Shown: positions 48,575 to 59,426, numbered from the stretch's first letter. The stretch: 64,000 bases of DNA from an uncultured Clostridia bacterium (GCA_945940335.1 CAMEWH010000003.1:8847-72846), one strand, 5' to 3'. The notes: a model not told the origin generated them from the sequence alone. Translations and numbers: made by a program.

Positions 48575-49621
48575 ATGGCATATGAAATGAATACAAAGCG
48601 CCTTGCCGCCTGGGCCGCTGCGGGCACCTTTGCCGGACCCGGTGCGCCGGAGCACATGAAGCGATTTGCCCTGCTGACCAAACCCAGCGACGAGCCGGAG
48701 CGGGTACGGATTTTGCAGGATGTGTATAACGAAGCCATCGCCGAAATGGACACCATCCCGTTGTGGGCAGATGGGAATGTCCCCGGCTGGAAGCCGGAAA
48801 TTGAACGGCAGAACAAGCCGCAGATTGCCTTTTTCCCCGCCGTGGGCGGGGGCAGACGGGGCTGCATCCTGGTGGCTCCCGGCGGCGGCTACGACTGCAA
48901 GGTCAGCGGGTCTGAGGGCTATCCCGTCATCTGGGGCCTGGTGAACGCGGGATTCCATTGCGCGCTGCTGGACTACCGGCTGAAGCCCTATTCCCAGTAC
49001 CGCTCCGTGCAGGATGCCTCCAGAGCCATCCGCATTCTCCGCAGCATGGCGGAGGAACTGGATGTGCTGCCTGATAAAATCGGCATGATCGGCGCCAGTG
49101 CCGGCGGAAGTCTGACCTGCCTGACCTGTGTCCACTGGGACAAGGGTGATCCCAACGCGGCCGACCCTGTGGAGCGGGTGTCCAGCCGTCCCGATGCCGG
49201 ACTTGTGATGTATGGCTGCTTCACCGCTGTCAGTTGGCCCGGATCGGACGCGTTCATGAAAATGCGGGAGGACGGGGAAGATTTTGTGATGCCCCGGGGC
49301 GGCCTGGTGTCCGTGTATATGGATGAGCAGCGCCCAGATAAATACTGGTTTTCTCCGGAAAAATGGGTCAATCCCCAAACCCCGCCCTTCTTCCTGTGGC
49401 AGACCACGGATATGGACGATCCCAGAAATATGTTCTGCTTTGCCAAAGAGCTTGCCGATGCCGGTGTTCGCTTCGAGGCCCACATCTATCCTTTCGGCCC
49501 CCACGGGATGGCAATGGCCAACGGGACCGGACTGGGCCCCAAGGATGCCCATGTGGCCCATTGGTTCACCCAGGCAACAGAATGGCTGGATATCTATGGC
49601 TTCGGAGGGGAAAAGGCGTAA
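48575..49621 (+). CDS. Alpha/beta-hydrolase (carbohydrate esterase-like)
   Basis: PGGGY, L.YR, GASAGG, RPD...Y, TPP.F, H.Y..G.HG. Confidence 0.85.
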   Translation: MAYEMNTKRLAAWAAAGTFAGPGAPEHMKRFALLTKPSDEPERVRILQDVYNEAIAEMDTIPLWADGNVPGWKPEIERQNKPQIAFFPAVGGGRRGCILVAPGGGYDCKVSGSEGYPVIWGLVNAGFHCALLDYRLKPYSQYRSVQDASRAIRILRSMAEELDVLPDKIGMIGASAGGSLTCLTCVHWDKGDPNAADPVERVSSRPDAGLVMYGCFTAVSWPGSDAFMKMREDGEDFVMPRGGLVSVYMDEQRPDKYWFSPEKWVNPQTPPFFLWQTTDMDDPRNMFCFAKELADAGVRFEAHIYPFGPHGMAMANGTGLGPKDAHVAHWFTQATEWLDIYGFGGEKA

Positions 49622-49654
49622 CGGTTTCTATTTCAGCAAAAGGAGTGGGTCACA

Positions 49655-50680
49655 ATGAAGGTCAGAGCCAAAGATATTGCCCAGAAACTGGGCGTTTCTC
49701 CGGCCACGGTCAGCAATGCGCTGAACGGACGGGAGGGCGTGGGAGAGGAACTGCGGGACCGCATCCTGAAGGCTGCTCAGCAAATGGGCTATGAAACGGG
49801 AAAAGGAACAACGGACCGCAAGTCGTTTATTCGAATGCTGATTGTCAAGACGGCAACGAACATCATTGTGGACGTCCAGTTTTTCAGTGAGATGTATGAA
49901 ATCATTCAGGCGGAATGCCGCCAGGCAGGGCTTGAAATGATTATGAATCACATCAACATGTATGAGGACAGCTCCTGGAAAAGCTTAGTCACCCAATACT
50001 GTGAGGAAAGCTGTGCCGGACTCATTCTGCTTGCTACGGAAATGAGCAGCAAGGAGCTGCAATACTTTGCCCAGTGTAAGTCTCCGCTGGTGGTGCTGGA
50101 TAATCTGAGCAGGAACGAGCCCTTCCATTCGGTGGTGATGAATAATTTTCAGGCCGGTTATCAGGCCACAAAAGAGCTGTATGAAAACGGCCACCACAGG
50201 ATTGCCCATCTGGCCTGCAAACGGGAATTTTCCAACTCCTACTTCCGTCGGAACGGTTACGAAACGGCAATGCAGGAGCTTGGGCTGGAATCCGAAACAG
50301 ACGTGTGGGACGTGGATATTTCCATCGAGGGTGCCTACCAGAGCGTGAAAGCCATGCTGGAGTCCGGGCGCAGGCTGCCCACGGCATTTTTTGCCTGCAA
50401 TGATACCATCGCGGTGGGTGCCGTTCGGGCCATTCAGGAAAAAGGATTTCGCGTTCCGGAGGATGTGTCCATCATCGGAATGGACGATACGGATATCTGC
50501 CTGGCCTGTAATCCCCAGCTGACCACGTTCCATGTACACCGCCGGGAAATCGGCCGGATTGCCGTCAGGCAGCTGCTGACACCTCCCGCTGCCGAGAAGG
50601 GCGTGTATGTGAAAACGGAAGTCTCCGTCAGCCTGGTGCGCCGCGGCTCTGTCCGAAAGATTGACGGAATGATTTTGTAA
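49655..50680 (+). CDS. LacI family transcriptional regulator
   Basis: KDIAQKLGVSPATVS.ALN; VSIIG.DD, LTT. Confidence 0.94.
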   Translation: MKVRAKDIAQKLGVSPATVSNALNGREGVGEELRDRILKAAQQMGYETGKGTTDRKSFIRMLIVKTATNIIVDVQFFSEMYEIIQAECRQAGLEMIMNHINMYEDSSWKSLVTQYCEESCAGLILLATEMSSKELQYFAQCKSPLVVLDNLSRNEPFHSVVMNNFQAGYQATKELYENGHHRIAHLACKREFSNSYFRRNGYETAMQELGLESETDVWDVDISIEGAYQSVKAMLESGRRLPTAFFACNDTIAVGAVRAIQEKGFRVPEDVSIIGMDDTDICLACNPQLTTFHVHRREIGRIAVRQLLTPPAAEKGVYVKTEVSVSLVRRGSVRKIDGMIL

Positions 50681-50959
50681 AGCTACCATCTTGCCTCTTC
50701 CGAATGCGGCAGAGGCACGTTTGCCACACCAAATACAATAAGTGGATCACCTACTGTTTTCAGCCCGGTGTTCCACTGAAATCACCCCGGAGCTATAAAT
50801 GCCCGTTGGCGCAAAAGCGCTGATGGGCATTTTTCCTTGACGATAAGAATAACGCCTGATAGAATGATCATAACAAGCGAATGAATCAGCGGCATCACTT
50901 TTATTTCCGGCACAAATCACATAGAAAAGAATCTGCCCGTTTATTTTGGAGGTTCTCCC

Positions 50960-51050
50960 ATGAAGAACATTCAGAAAGTAGAACTGAACAAACTGGCAAA
51001 AGAAGAACTGCTGCCAGCGTTTTCGACTGACTTTCCATATATTGCAATCT
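50960..51050 (+). pseudogene. Probable 5' fragment of an AraC-family regulator within an AT-rich patch of remnants
   Basis: GGAGG RBS and MKNIQKVELN..AKEELLPAFS.DFPYIA resemble the starts of clostridial AraC proteins; similarity is lost after about 30 codons. Confidence 0.35.
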
Positions 51051-51330
51051 GTGCGGGCTTGGCGCAAGCAGCTACTTCGGCAAAACTTTCCGGGAAAAAT
51101 TCGACTGTACGCCATTGGAATACCGCAAGCATTGGCACAATCGTGATATTTTCGGGCAGTAATAATATATCTCTTTTGCGTTTTTTCGCTATCATAACAC
51201 CAGCTGAGGCACTTGCCATGGCTGGTATTTTACCGTAAAAGCAACCATGGCCCACGTCGGCGTTTCCTACTTAACGCGCTCAAAAGGCTGGTAAATGCCA
51301 GCCCCCACCTACCACTGTAAGGAGGTTTCC

Positions 51331-51930
51331 ATGTTACTGACTCGATCTATTGCGGAAGTGGCGTTGGAACAGGCGTACAAATCCAATCCCGGTCCCTGGG
51401 CCGACCACTCCCGGTATGTGGCACTGGCCTGTCAAAATATCGCAAGCCGTTGTCCGCATTTGAATGAGGACGATGCCTACATCTATGGACTCCTCCATGA
51501 TATCGGCAGATACGCAGGTGTCAGTTCCGAGCGGCACCTGATCGACGGTTACCGATACTGCATGGATCGGGGCTGGAAAAAGGCGGCGCAGATCTGCATC
51601 TCCCACGCCTTTATGATACAGGATATTGAAACCTCCATCGGCGTATTTGATATGCCGCCGGAGGCCAAGGAATTTATGGCAGAGTTTGTCAGGAACGCCG
51701 TCTATGATGACTACGATTTGCTCGTTCAGCTCTGTGATGCTCTGGCGCTGCCCTCGGGATTCTGCCTTCTGGAAAAGCGTTTTGTGGATGTAGCAATTCG
51801 GTACGGACTCCACCCGGCGACCATTGACCGCTGGAAAGCGGTGCTGAATACAAAAACACATTTTGAGAAGATGATGGGCTGCTCCATCTACGAAGTGCTG
51901 CCCGGTGTGGTCGAGAACAGCTTCCGGTGA
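51331..51930 (+). CDS. HD domain protein
   Basis: W..HS..VA, GLLHDIGR, H..DGY, CD; AAGGAGG RBS. Confidence 0.88.
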   Translation: MLLTRSIAEVALEQAYKSNPGPWADHSRYVALACQNIASRCPHLNEDDAYIYGLLHDIGRYAGVSSERHLIDGYRYCMDRGWKKAAQICISHAFMIQDIETSIGVFDMPPEAKEFMAEFVRNAVYDDYDLLVQLCDALALPSGFCLLEKRFVDVAIRYGLHPATIDRWKAVLNTKTHFEKMMGCSIYEVLPGVVENSFR

Positions 51931-52024
51931 TAGGAGTATCTATTTGGCTCCGGTTGAAGCGGTCACGGCCAGTGCGGCCGCATATGCACCGGTTAAAATT
52001 ACATCCTTACCTCAGGAGGCGCCT

Positions 52025-53269
52025 ATGTCCATTTTAAGCGATGCCAACCGTATCATAAACGCCGCACTGCATGCAGCTCTGCCCGATGTTGCCGTGGAGC
52101 AGGCATTGGAAAACCTTCCCCCCTGCTCCGGAAAGATGATTTTGATTGCCGCGGGAAAAGCAGCATGGCAGATGGCTGCGGCAGCACAGAAGCACCTGGA
52201 AGAAAAACTCTCCGGCGGTGTTGTAATCACCAAATATGAGCACGCCCGGGGTGCCATCGGCAACCTTGCCATATTTGAAGCAGGCCATCCCGTTCCCGAT
52301 GAGAACTCATACCGCGCCGCCCAGGCTGCCATTGACGCGGTGGCTGAGTTATCGGAAAAAGACCTGGTCCTCTTTCTGCTGTCCGGCGGCGGCTCCGCCC
52401 TGTTTGAAAAGCCATTGATCGACCCTGCCGAACTGGAAGACATCACCAGGCAGCTACTGGCCTGCGGTGCGGATATCACGGAAATCAACACGCTCAGGAA
52501 GCGTTTTTCCGCCGTTAAGGGGGGGAAATTCGCCCAACTCTGCGCCCCGGCTCACGTTTTCTCCATTGTGCTGTCCGATGTGTTAGGCGACCGTCTGGAC
52601 ATGATCGCTTCCGGCCCCACTTATCCGGATTCCACCACAACGGAGCAGGCCCTTGCCATTGCCCAAAAATACAATCTGAAGATCAGCAGCGCCGCCAAAG
52701 CACACATTCTGGAGGAAACACCCAAGGAGCTGGCCAATGCGGAAAGCGTGGTGACAGGCTCCGTCCGGCAGCTGTGCGCTGCCGCGGCAGAAACAGCCGC
52801 CGCGCTGGATTACACGCCAATCATTCTTTCAGCCTCCGTCTGCTGTGAGGCCCGGGAGGCCGGCAGCTTCCTTGCTTCCATTGCCCAGTACCACGCCGAT
52901 TCAGACAAATCTCTGGCCTTTATCGTCGGCGGTGAAACCGTGGTTCATCTCACCGGTCACGGTCTGGGCGGACGGAATCAGGAAATTGCTTTGGGTGCTG
53001 CCAAGGGGATTGCGGCTATGAAGGACACCCTCATTTTCTCTCTGGGGTCCGACGGCACGGACGGTCCCACAGATGCCGCAGGAGGCTGGGTCGACGGCAC
53101 GTCTGCGGACCGGCTTGCTGCCCAGGGCATTCAAATTGACACGGTCCTGCGGGACAACGATGCCTACCACGCCCTCAAGGCCATCGATGGCTTGATTGTC
53201 ACCGGCCCCACGGGTACGAACGTGAACGATCTGTCGGTTCTGCTGATCAAACGTGGCGCTCCAGACTGA
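52025..53269 (+). CDS. Glycerate kinase type 2 (MOFRL/TtuD family)
   Basis: GKAA..MA, EAGHP.PD, SGGGSAL, GGETVV, GGRNQE, SDGTDGPT.AAG, TGPTGTNVND. Confidence 0.93.
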   Translation: MSILSDANRIINAALHAALPDVAVEQALENLPPCSGKMILIAAGKAAWQMAAAAQKHLEEKLSGGVVITKYEHARGAIGNLAIFEAGHPVPDENSYRAAQAAIDAVAELSEKDLVLFLLSGGGSALFEKPLIDPAELEDITRQLLACGADITEINTLRKRFSAVKGGKFAQLCAPAHVFSIVLSDVLGDRLDMIASGPTYPDSTTTEQALAIAQKYNLKISSAAKAHILEETPKELANAESVVTGSVRQLCAAAAETAAALDYTPIILSASVCCEAREAGSFLASIAQYHADSDKSLAFIVGGETVVHLTGHGLGGRNQEIALGAAKGIAAMKDTLIFSLGSDGTDGPTDAAGGWVDGTSADRLAAQGIQIDTVLRDNDAYHALKAIDGLIVTGPTGTNVNDLSVLLIKRGAPD

Positions 53270-53354
53270 GTCTTTCAGCAGCCGCGCCAAAATCGCCTGC
53301 GCTGATTTCCGTTCCCCTTTTCCGCCGGTCTTGAATCCGCAGCCGAATAGGAAA

Positions 53355-53397
53355 CAGACCCGGTTTGCCATAAGCGGCAAACCGGGTCTGCTATTTT
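53355..53397. terminator. Terminator between convergent genes
   Basis: CAGACCCGGTTTGCC/GGCAAACCGGGTCTG. Confidence 0.7.
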
Positions 53398-53470
53398 CAT
53401 GAACTTCACCCCCAGGGTTCCATCCTGGAAGGCAGCAAACGGTGCATGGGTGGCTGGTATCTATCCCCCA

Positions 53471-54694
53471 TCAAACCACCTGGAACAGGTAAAATTTCAG
53501 ATAATCCGTCTCCGGCACGTTCCACAGAATGGGATGGTCCGGGGCCTGCTGCCGGGCTTCGATCTGGCGCAGCTCCACACCGGCATCCAGGGCGGCGGAG
53601 CGCAGCATCCGTACAAACTGCTCCGAGGGCATGAAATGACTGCAGGAGGCGGTGGCAAAGTAGCCGCCCCGGGGCAGCAGCTTCAGGGCCCGCAGGTTGA
53701 TCTCCTTGTAGCCCCGCTGGGCACTTTCCACGGTTTTCCGGGATTTGGTGAAGGCCGGCGGGTCCAGGATGATAAAATCGAAAGGGGCCTTTCCCTTGGC
53801 GGCCAACTCCGGCAGCAGGTCGAACACATCCGCCACCAGAAAATCCATCTTCTCCTCCAGGCCGTTGCGCCGGGCGTTGGCTCTGGCCATGTCGATGGCG
53901 GAGGCGGAAATGTCCACCGCCGTCACATGCTCCGCCCCGCCCAGGGCAGCATTCAGAGCGAAGGAGCCGGTGTGGGTGAAGCAGTCCAGTACCCGGCGGC
54001 CCTTTGCCAGCTTCGCCACCGCCAGGCGGTTGTACTTCTGGTCCAGGAAAAAGCCGGTTTTCTGGCCGTTTTCCACGTCCACCCGGTAATAAATGCCGTT
54101 TTCACAGATTTCCGTCACGGTATCCGGGGTGGGCTCTCCCAGGGGAAACCAGCCCTTGCCCTGCTCCATGCCCTCCAGGGCTCGGATGGCCACGTCGTTC
54201 CGCTCGTAAATGCCCTGGATTTCCTGGCCGTCCTCCCGGAGCACCTGCACCAGCAGGGGAAAGAGCATCCCCTTGATCCGCTCCATGCCGATGGACAGGG
54301 TCTGGGTCACCAGAATATTTGAGAACCGGTCCACCGTCAGCCCGGGGAAGCCGTCGGCCTCTCCAAATATGACGCGGCAGCAGGAGATATCCTCCCCCAT
54401 CACCGTCTTCCGGTAGTCCCAGGCGTACTGAATCCGGCGGCGCCAGAAGGCCTCGTCGAACCGGTCGTTGGCGTTGTGGGACAGCAGCCGCACCCGAATC
54501 TTGCTCTGACGGCTTAGAAAACCGGTGCCCAGATATTTTCCCTTTTCGCTGACGGCATCCACCAGGCCGCCGTTTTCACACTCCCCCTCTTCCCGGAGAA
54601 CCTCGGCTTCATAAATCCAGGGATGTCCCTGCTCCACCCATCTGGTCCCCTTGGCGGTGATGACGCACCGGGGGAAGTTCCGTTCTGCTTTCAT
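53471..54694 (-). CDS. rlmI: RlmI-like SAM-dependent rRNA methyltransferase
   Basis: GHPWIY PUA domain, GEADG.PGL.VD, GQKTGFFLDQ, ILDPPAF, ET.YLK. Confidence 0.88.
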   Translation of the reverse strand: MKAERNFPRCVITAKGTRWVEQGHPWIYEAEVLREEGECENGGLVDAVSEKGKYLGTGFLSRQSKIRVRLLSHNANDRFDEAFWRRRIQYAWDYRKTVMGEDISCCRVIFGEADGFPGLTVDRFSNILVTQTLSIGMERIKGMLFPLLVQVLREDGQEIQGIYERNDVAIRALEGMEQGKGWFPLGEPTPDTVTEICENGIYYRVDVENGQKTGFFLDQKYNRLAVAKLAKGRRVLDCFTHTGSFALNAALGGAEHVTAVDISASAIDMARANARRNGLEEKMDFLVADVFDLLPELAAKGKAPFDFIILDPPAFTKSRKTVESAQRGYKEINLRALKLLPRGGYFATASCSHFMPSEQFVRMLRSAALDAGVELRQIEARQQAPDHPILWNVPETDYLKFYLFQVV

Positions 54695-54930
54695 AGTAAC
54701 CGTCCTTTCAACTGCTGCCTGCGCAAAGATGTTTCACTTGGTAGGTATCATATCATCTTTTCCCCCATTTTACAATCACCTGCCGAAAAAACGCCATTCC
54801 TCATCCCATTGTACCGGACGCCAATTCGGTAGGGGAGATCTCCCCTGCAATAGGACGGTGAAAAAATGCGGCCCGGTTCCATACGGCCGCAAAAGCATTC
54901 CCCCGGCATCACGCCGGGGGAAAATCGTAT

Positions 54931-56013
54931 TTACAGCTTGTAAATCCAGCCCATGTAGTCTTCCACGGCGCCGGTCTGCATGCCGTAGAGGTTGTCATAG
55001 AGCTTCTGGGCAATGGGACCCACCTTGGTGTCGCCCACGGGCACGTCCTCGCCCTTGACGCACAGCCAGCCGATGGGAGAAATGACGGCGGCGGTGCCGG
55101 AGGCAAAGACCTCCTGGAGCTTGCCGGCCTTGGAGGCTTCCACGATCTCGTCGATGGACAGCTTCCGCTCGGTAACCTTCACGCCCCAGCGCTTCAGCAG
55201 CTGGATGACGGAGTTGCGGGTGATACCGGGCAGGATGGTGCCGGAATCCAAGGGCGCGGTGATGACCTCGTCGTCAATGCGGAAGAAGGCGTTGGAGGTG
55301 CCGATCTCTTCCACATACTTGTTCTCCGCCGCGTCCAGCCACAGCACGTCCTTGCAGTTGTACTTCATGGCATCCAGGGAGGCCCGCATGCCGCCGCCGT
55401 AGTTGCCGCCGCACTTGGCAAAGCCGGTGCCGCCACGAGCCGCGCGGATGTACTCATCCTGCACATAGATCCGGGTGGTGGACAGGCCGCCGTCGTTGGC
55501 GGCGTAGTAGGAGCCGGTGGGGCTGAGGATGATCATGAACTTATAGTGCTTGGCGGGCAGCACGGAGAAGGAAACCTCGTCGCCGAAGATGAAGGGACGG
55601 ATGTACAGGGCGGTGCCGGGAGCGGAGGGAACCCAGTCCATGTCCTCGTGGATGACCGCCTTCACGGCAGCCAGGAAGATGTCGCCGGGGAGCTCGGGGA
55701 TGCACATACGCTCGTTGGTGCGCTTCATCCGGGCGATGTTCATGTCGGGACGGAACAGCTGAACGCCGCCCTCGGGATTGCGGTAGGCCTTCATGCCCTC
55801 AAACATACACTGGGAGTAGTGCAGCACCGCGCAGGCAGGCTCAATGAGGAAGGGCTCGTGGGGAACCACCCGGCCGTCATGCCAGCCCTGGCCCTCGTCA
55901 TAGTCCATGACGAACATGTGGTCAGTGAAGTATTTGGCAAAACCCAGCTTGGTTTCGTCCGCGGGACGGGGCTTGGGATGGGTGGTTCTGGTGACAGGGA
56001 ATGTGTATTCCAT
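54931..56013 (-). CDS. ilvE: Branched-chain amino acid aminotransferase
   Basis: FTDHM, FEGMKAY, LYIRP, GTG.AK.GGNY, ILPGITR, GTAAVISP. Confidence 0.95.
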   Translation of the reverse strand: MEYTFPVTRTTHPKPRPADETKLGFAKYFTDHMFVMDYDEGQGWHDGRVVPHEPFLIEPACAVLHYSQCMFEGMKAYRNPEGGVQLFRPDMNIARMKRTNERMCIPELPGDIFLAAVKAVIHEDMDWVPSAPGTALYIRPFIFGDEVSFSVLPAKHYKFMIILSPTGSYYAANDGGLSTTRIYVQDEYIRAARGGTGFAKCGGNYGGGMRASLDAMKYNCKDVLWLDAAENKYVEEIGTSNAFFRIDDEVITAPLDSGTILPGITRNSVIQLLKRWGVKVTERKLSIDEIVEASKAGKLQEVFASGTAAVISPIGWLCVKGEDVPVGDTKVGPIAQKLYDNLYGMQTGAVEDYMGWIYKL

Positions 56014-56072
56014 TGTTGTTCGCTCCTTTGTATCCGTGTGTTAATATTGAATGGTTTACGTAACAGATGGGC

Positions 56073-56289
56073 AAATTGTAATTTGGCGGGCAGATACGGC
56101 AGCGCCCTCTTGGCTCTCCCTTTGGGAGAGCTGTCAGCCGAACAGGCTGACTGAGAGGGTACCGAAGTAAGATAATGGTGACAGAAAACCGCTACATTTG
56201 CCCTCTCAGGGGCGCCCCTTTCGGGGCAGCCAGCTCTCCCAGAGGGGGAGCCAAGAGGTACGTCGGTTCCGGTCGCAAAATACCAATTT
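56073..56289 (-). repeat. Palindromic repeat family B, copy 3 (inverted, more diverged)
   Basis: 56073-56162 is nearly the reverse complement of 34020-34108. Confidence 0.88.
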
Positions 56290-56297
56290 ACTGTATC

Positions 56298-57077
56298 CTA
56301 ATATAAATCCGGTCTTCTGTCGGCAAAGATGTGCATGGAGGCGCGGATTTTGGCGTTGACCTGGAAATCACACTGGGCGGTGATGATTTCCTCCCCTGCC
56401 CCGGCCCGGGCCAGCACCTGGCCCCAGGGGTCGATGACAGAGGAATTGCCACCGTATTGGGTATCCCCCGCTTTGCCGCAGGCGTTGCAGCAGGCAAGGT
56501 ACATCTGATTTTCAATGGCTCTGGCCTGGGTAAGCACCTGCAGGTGCGGCACCCGGACATCCGGCCACTGGGATACCATGAAGAGCAGTTCCAGCCCCGG
56601 CACGGTCATGGCCCGGGTCAGCTCCGGGAAGCGGATGTCATAGCAGATGAGAATTCCCACATCATGGCCGTCCATTTGGAACCGGCAGATATGATCCCCC
56701 TTGGCGAAATAGTCATCCTCCCCCATGGGAGAAAACAGGTGGGTCTTGTCGTACTGGGCGATCAGCGTTCCTGCCCGGTCAAAGACACAGGCGGTGTTGT
56801 AAACCGCATCCCCCCGGAGGCAGGCCACGGAGCCCGCCACGATGTGGATGCCCAGCTCCTTGGCAAGCGCGCCCATGTGGGCAGTGACCCGGGTGCAGTC
56901 CGGATCAGCCAGCTCCTTCAGATTCTCCTTGGGGAAGAAGCCCACGTCCCACAGCTCCGGCAGCAGAATCACATCCGGCTGCTCCTTCGCGGCCTGACGA
57001 ATGAGCCGCTCCGCTCTTGCGTGGTTTTCCTCCGGCCGGCCCAGCTGCACATCCATCTGAATGCAGCTTACTTTCAT
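56298..57077 (-). CDS. Carbon-nitrogen hydrolase (MtnU/Nit2 omega-amidase-like)
   Basis: LPELW, Y.K.HLF, ICYDIRFPE, ARAIENQ (E-K-C triad). Confidence 0.9.
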   Translation of the reverse strand: MKVSCIQMDVQLGRPEENHARAERLIRQAAKEQPDVILLPELWDVGFFPKENLKELADPDCTRVTAHMGALAKELGIHIVAGSVACLRGDAVYNTACVFDRAGTLIAQYDKTHLFSPMGEDDYFAKGDHICRFQMDGHDVGILICYDIRFPELTRAMTVPGLELLFMVSQWPDVRVPHLQVLTQARAIENQMYLACCNACGKAGDTQYGGNSSVIDPWGQVLARAGAGEEIITAQCDFQVNAKIRASMHIFADRRPDLY

Positions 57078-57616
57078 GCAATGTAATCCTTTCCCGCCTG
57101 CATGGCTGCCAGGTTGGCATCCAGCAGATCAGCGTGCTTGGCAGAGACGATCTTCTTAAGACCCGCCAGCACCGCCTCGTCTCCCACGCAGCCGGTGGCT
57201 TTGACGATGGCTCCCAGCAGAATCATGTTGGCCAAGGTGGGGATGCCCATGTCGCCGGCCATCTTGGTGGCGGGGATGTAGTACACGTCCACATCGGTGC
57301 GCTCCAGCTTCCGGGAAACCAGGGAGGAGTCTACGAACACCTTGCCCCCGGGCACCACGGACTGTTCGTACTTATCCAGAGAGGGCGTATTCATCACCAT
57401 CAGCACATTGGGATTCTGGACGATGGGAGAGCCCACGGGATTGTCGCTGATGATCACGTTGCAGTTGGCAGTGCCGCCGCGCATTTCCGGGCCGTAGGAG
57501 GGCAGCCAGCTCAGCTCCCGCTGCTCCATCAATGCCGCATAGGCCAGCACCTTGCCGGAGAACAGAAGGCCCTGTCCGCCGAAGCCGGCAATCACGATCT
57601 GATATTCCATGCTCAC
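57074..57616 (-). CDS. 2-oxoacid:ferredoxin oxidoreductase gamma subunit
   Basis: [19 protein letters not shown]. Confidence 0.93.
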   Translation of the reverse strand: MSMEYQIVIAGFGGQGLLFSGKVLAYAALMEQRELSWLPSYGPEMRGGTANCNVIISDNPVGSPIVQNPNVLMVMNTPSLDKYEQSVVPGGKVFVDSSLVSRKLERTDVDVYYIPATKMAGDMGIPTLANMILLGAIVKATGCVGDEAVLAGLKKIVSAKHADLLDANLAAMQAGKDYIA

Positions 57617-58365
57617 ACCTCCCGATCCTTGTCCCGGTAGCAGCCCAGGGGATACTGGGGCAGCATCTTCTCGTCAATCCATTCCAGAGCCTTCTGGGGA
57701 GTCATGCCCCAGTTGGTGGGACAGGCGGAGACCACCTCAACAAGAGAGAAGCCCTTGCCCTCGATCTGGTTCTGGAAGGCCTTCTTGATGGCCTTTTTGG
57801 CGTTGCGCACGTTCTTGACGTTGTTCACGGTGACGCGCTCCAGGTACGCCGGCGCGTCCAGGGTAGCCAGCAGCTCACACACCCGGATGGGGTAACCCTG
57901 GGTCTTGGGGTCACGGCCGTAGGGAGAGGTCTGCGTCACCTGCCCAATCAGGGAGGTGGGGGCCATCTGGCCGCCGGTCATGCCGTAAATGGCATTGTTC
58001 ACAAAGATGATGGTGATGTTCTCCCCCCGGGCGGCGGTGCTCACGGTTTCGCACATGCCGATGGAGGCCAGGTCACCGTCGCCCTGGTAGGTGAATACCA
58101 CCTTGTCGGGCATGGACCGCTTCACGCCGGTGGCGATGGCGGGCGCCCGGCCATGGGCGGCTTCGATCATGTCGCAGGCGAAATAGTCATAGGCCATAAC
58201 GGCGCAGCCAACGGGAGCCACGCCCACGGTCTGACCTTCGATGCCCAGCTCGTCGATTGCTTCGGCCACCAGCCGGTGGATGATGCCGTGGGTGCAGCCG
58301 GGGCAGTAATGGAACACCTTGTCGGTGAGGGCTTTGGGTTTTTCAAATACAACCATATGGCTCAA
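57613..58365 (-). CDS. 2-oxoacid:ferredoxin oxidoreductase beta (ThDP-binding) subunit
   Basis: YCPGC.HG, HGRA, QGDGD, NN..YGMTGGQ..PT, CPTNW. Confidence 0.93.
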   Translation of the reverse strand: MSHMVVFEKPKALTDKVFHYCPGCTHGIIHRLVAEAIDELGIEGQTVGVAPVGCAVMAYDYFACDMIEAAHGRAPAIATGVKRSMPDKVVFTYQGDGDLASIGMCETVSTAARGENITIIFVNNAIYGMTGGQMAPTSLIGQVTQTSPYGRDPKTQGYPIRVCELLATLDAPAYLERVTVNNVKNVRNAKKAIKKAFQNQIEGKGFSLVEVVSACPTNWGMTPQKALEWIDEKMLPQYPLGCYRDKDREV

Positions 58366-59426
58366 CCTCCCTGTTCATTGGCCTTGAGGATCTTGGCCAG
58401 CACTTCATCCGGGGACGGGATCATGCCGCCCACCCGGCAGCACAGGTCTACGGGTTTCTTGCAACGGATGGCCAGCTCCACATCTTCTTTCATCTGGCCC
58501 ATGTTCAGCTCCACGCACAGGAAAGATTTGACCTTCTCGGCGGCAGCCATCAGAGGCTTCTTAGGGAAGGGCCAGAGGGTGATGGGCCGAATCATGCCCA
58601 CCTTGACGCCCCGCTTTCTGGCTTCCACAATGGCGTTGCGGGAGACACGGGCGGTGATGCCGCAGGAGACCACGCAGATTTCCGCGTCCTCCATCATAAA
58701 TTCCTCCCACATGGTCTCGTCCCGCTCCGCGGCGGCGTAGCGTTCAAACCGCTCAAAATTGGTGCGTTCCAGCTCCTGAGGGTTTAAGTACAGAGAGTTC
58801 ACCACATTGTGGAACCGCTTGCCTTCCGTACCCACGGTGGCCCAGGCGGGAGGCTGGGTGGAAATGTCCTTGGGCTTGGGGAGCACCACCGGCTCCATCA
58901 TCTGGCCCATGGTGCCGTCGGCCAGGAGCATGGCAGGCATCCGGTACTTCATGGCCAGCTCAAAGGCCTTGCCGGTGAGATCGGCCATCTCCTGCACGGA
59001 GGCGGGGGCCAGCACCAGCACATGGAAGTCGCCGTGGCCGGGACCCCGGGTGGCCAGGAAGTAGTCGGACTGGGAGGGCTGAATGCCGCCGAGGCCCGGA
59101 CCGCCACGCTGAACGTTGACGATCAGGGCAGGCAGGTCCGCACCGGCGAGATAAGAGATACCTTCCGCCTTCAGCGCGATTCCGGGGCTGGAGGAGGAGG
59201 TCATGGCCAGCTTGCCGGTGGCAGCCACGCCGTAAACCATGTTAATGGCGGCAATTTCGCTCTCCGCCTGCAAGAAGGTGCCGCCGATTTTGGGCATCTT
59301 CTTGGCCATGTAGGCGGCAACCTCGGTCTGAGGGGTGATGGGATAGCCGAAATAATGACGGCAGCCTGCCAGGATGGCAGCTTCGGCAATGGCTTCATTG
59401 CCTTTCATCAGTGTTTTTTCCTGCAT
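58362..59426 (-). CDS. vorB: 2-oxoacid:ferredoxin oxidoreductase alpha subunit (VOR, 2-oxoisovalerate-type)
   Basis: [41 protein letters not shown]. Confidence 0.88.
   Translation of the reverse strand: MQEKTLMKGNEAIAEAAILAGCRHYFGYPITPQTEVAAYMAKKMPKIGGTFLQAESEIAAINMVYGVAATGKLAMTSSSSPGIALKAEGISYLAGADLPALIVNVQRGGPGLGGIQPSQSDYFLATRGPGHGDFHVLVLAPASVQEMADLTGKAFELAMKYRMPAMLLADGTMGQMMEPVVLPKPKDISTQPPAWATVGTEGKRFHNVVNSLYLNPQELERTNFERFERYAAAERDETMWEEFMMEDAEICVVSCGITARVSRNAIVEARKRGVKVGMIRPITLWPFPKKPLMAAAEKVKSFLCVELNMGQMKEDVELAIRCKKPVDLCCRVGGMIPSPDEVLAKILKANEQGG

Noticed and set aside
50700-51300. Overlapping 90-120 aa ORFs as a small toxin-antitoxin system
   Set aside because: No recognisable motifs; the stretch looks like fused gene remnants
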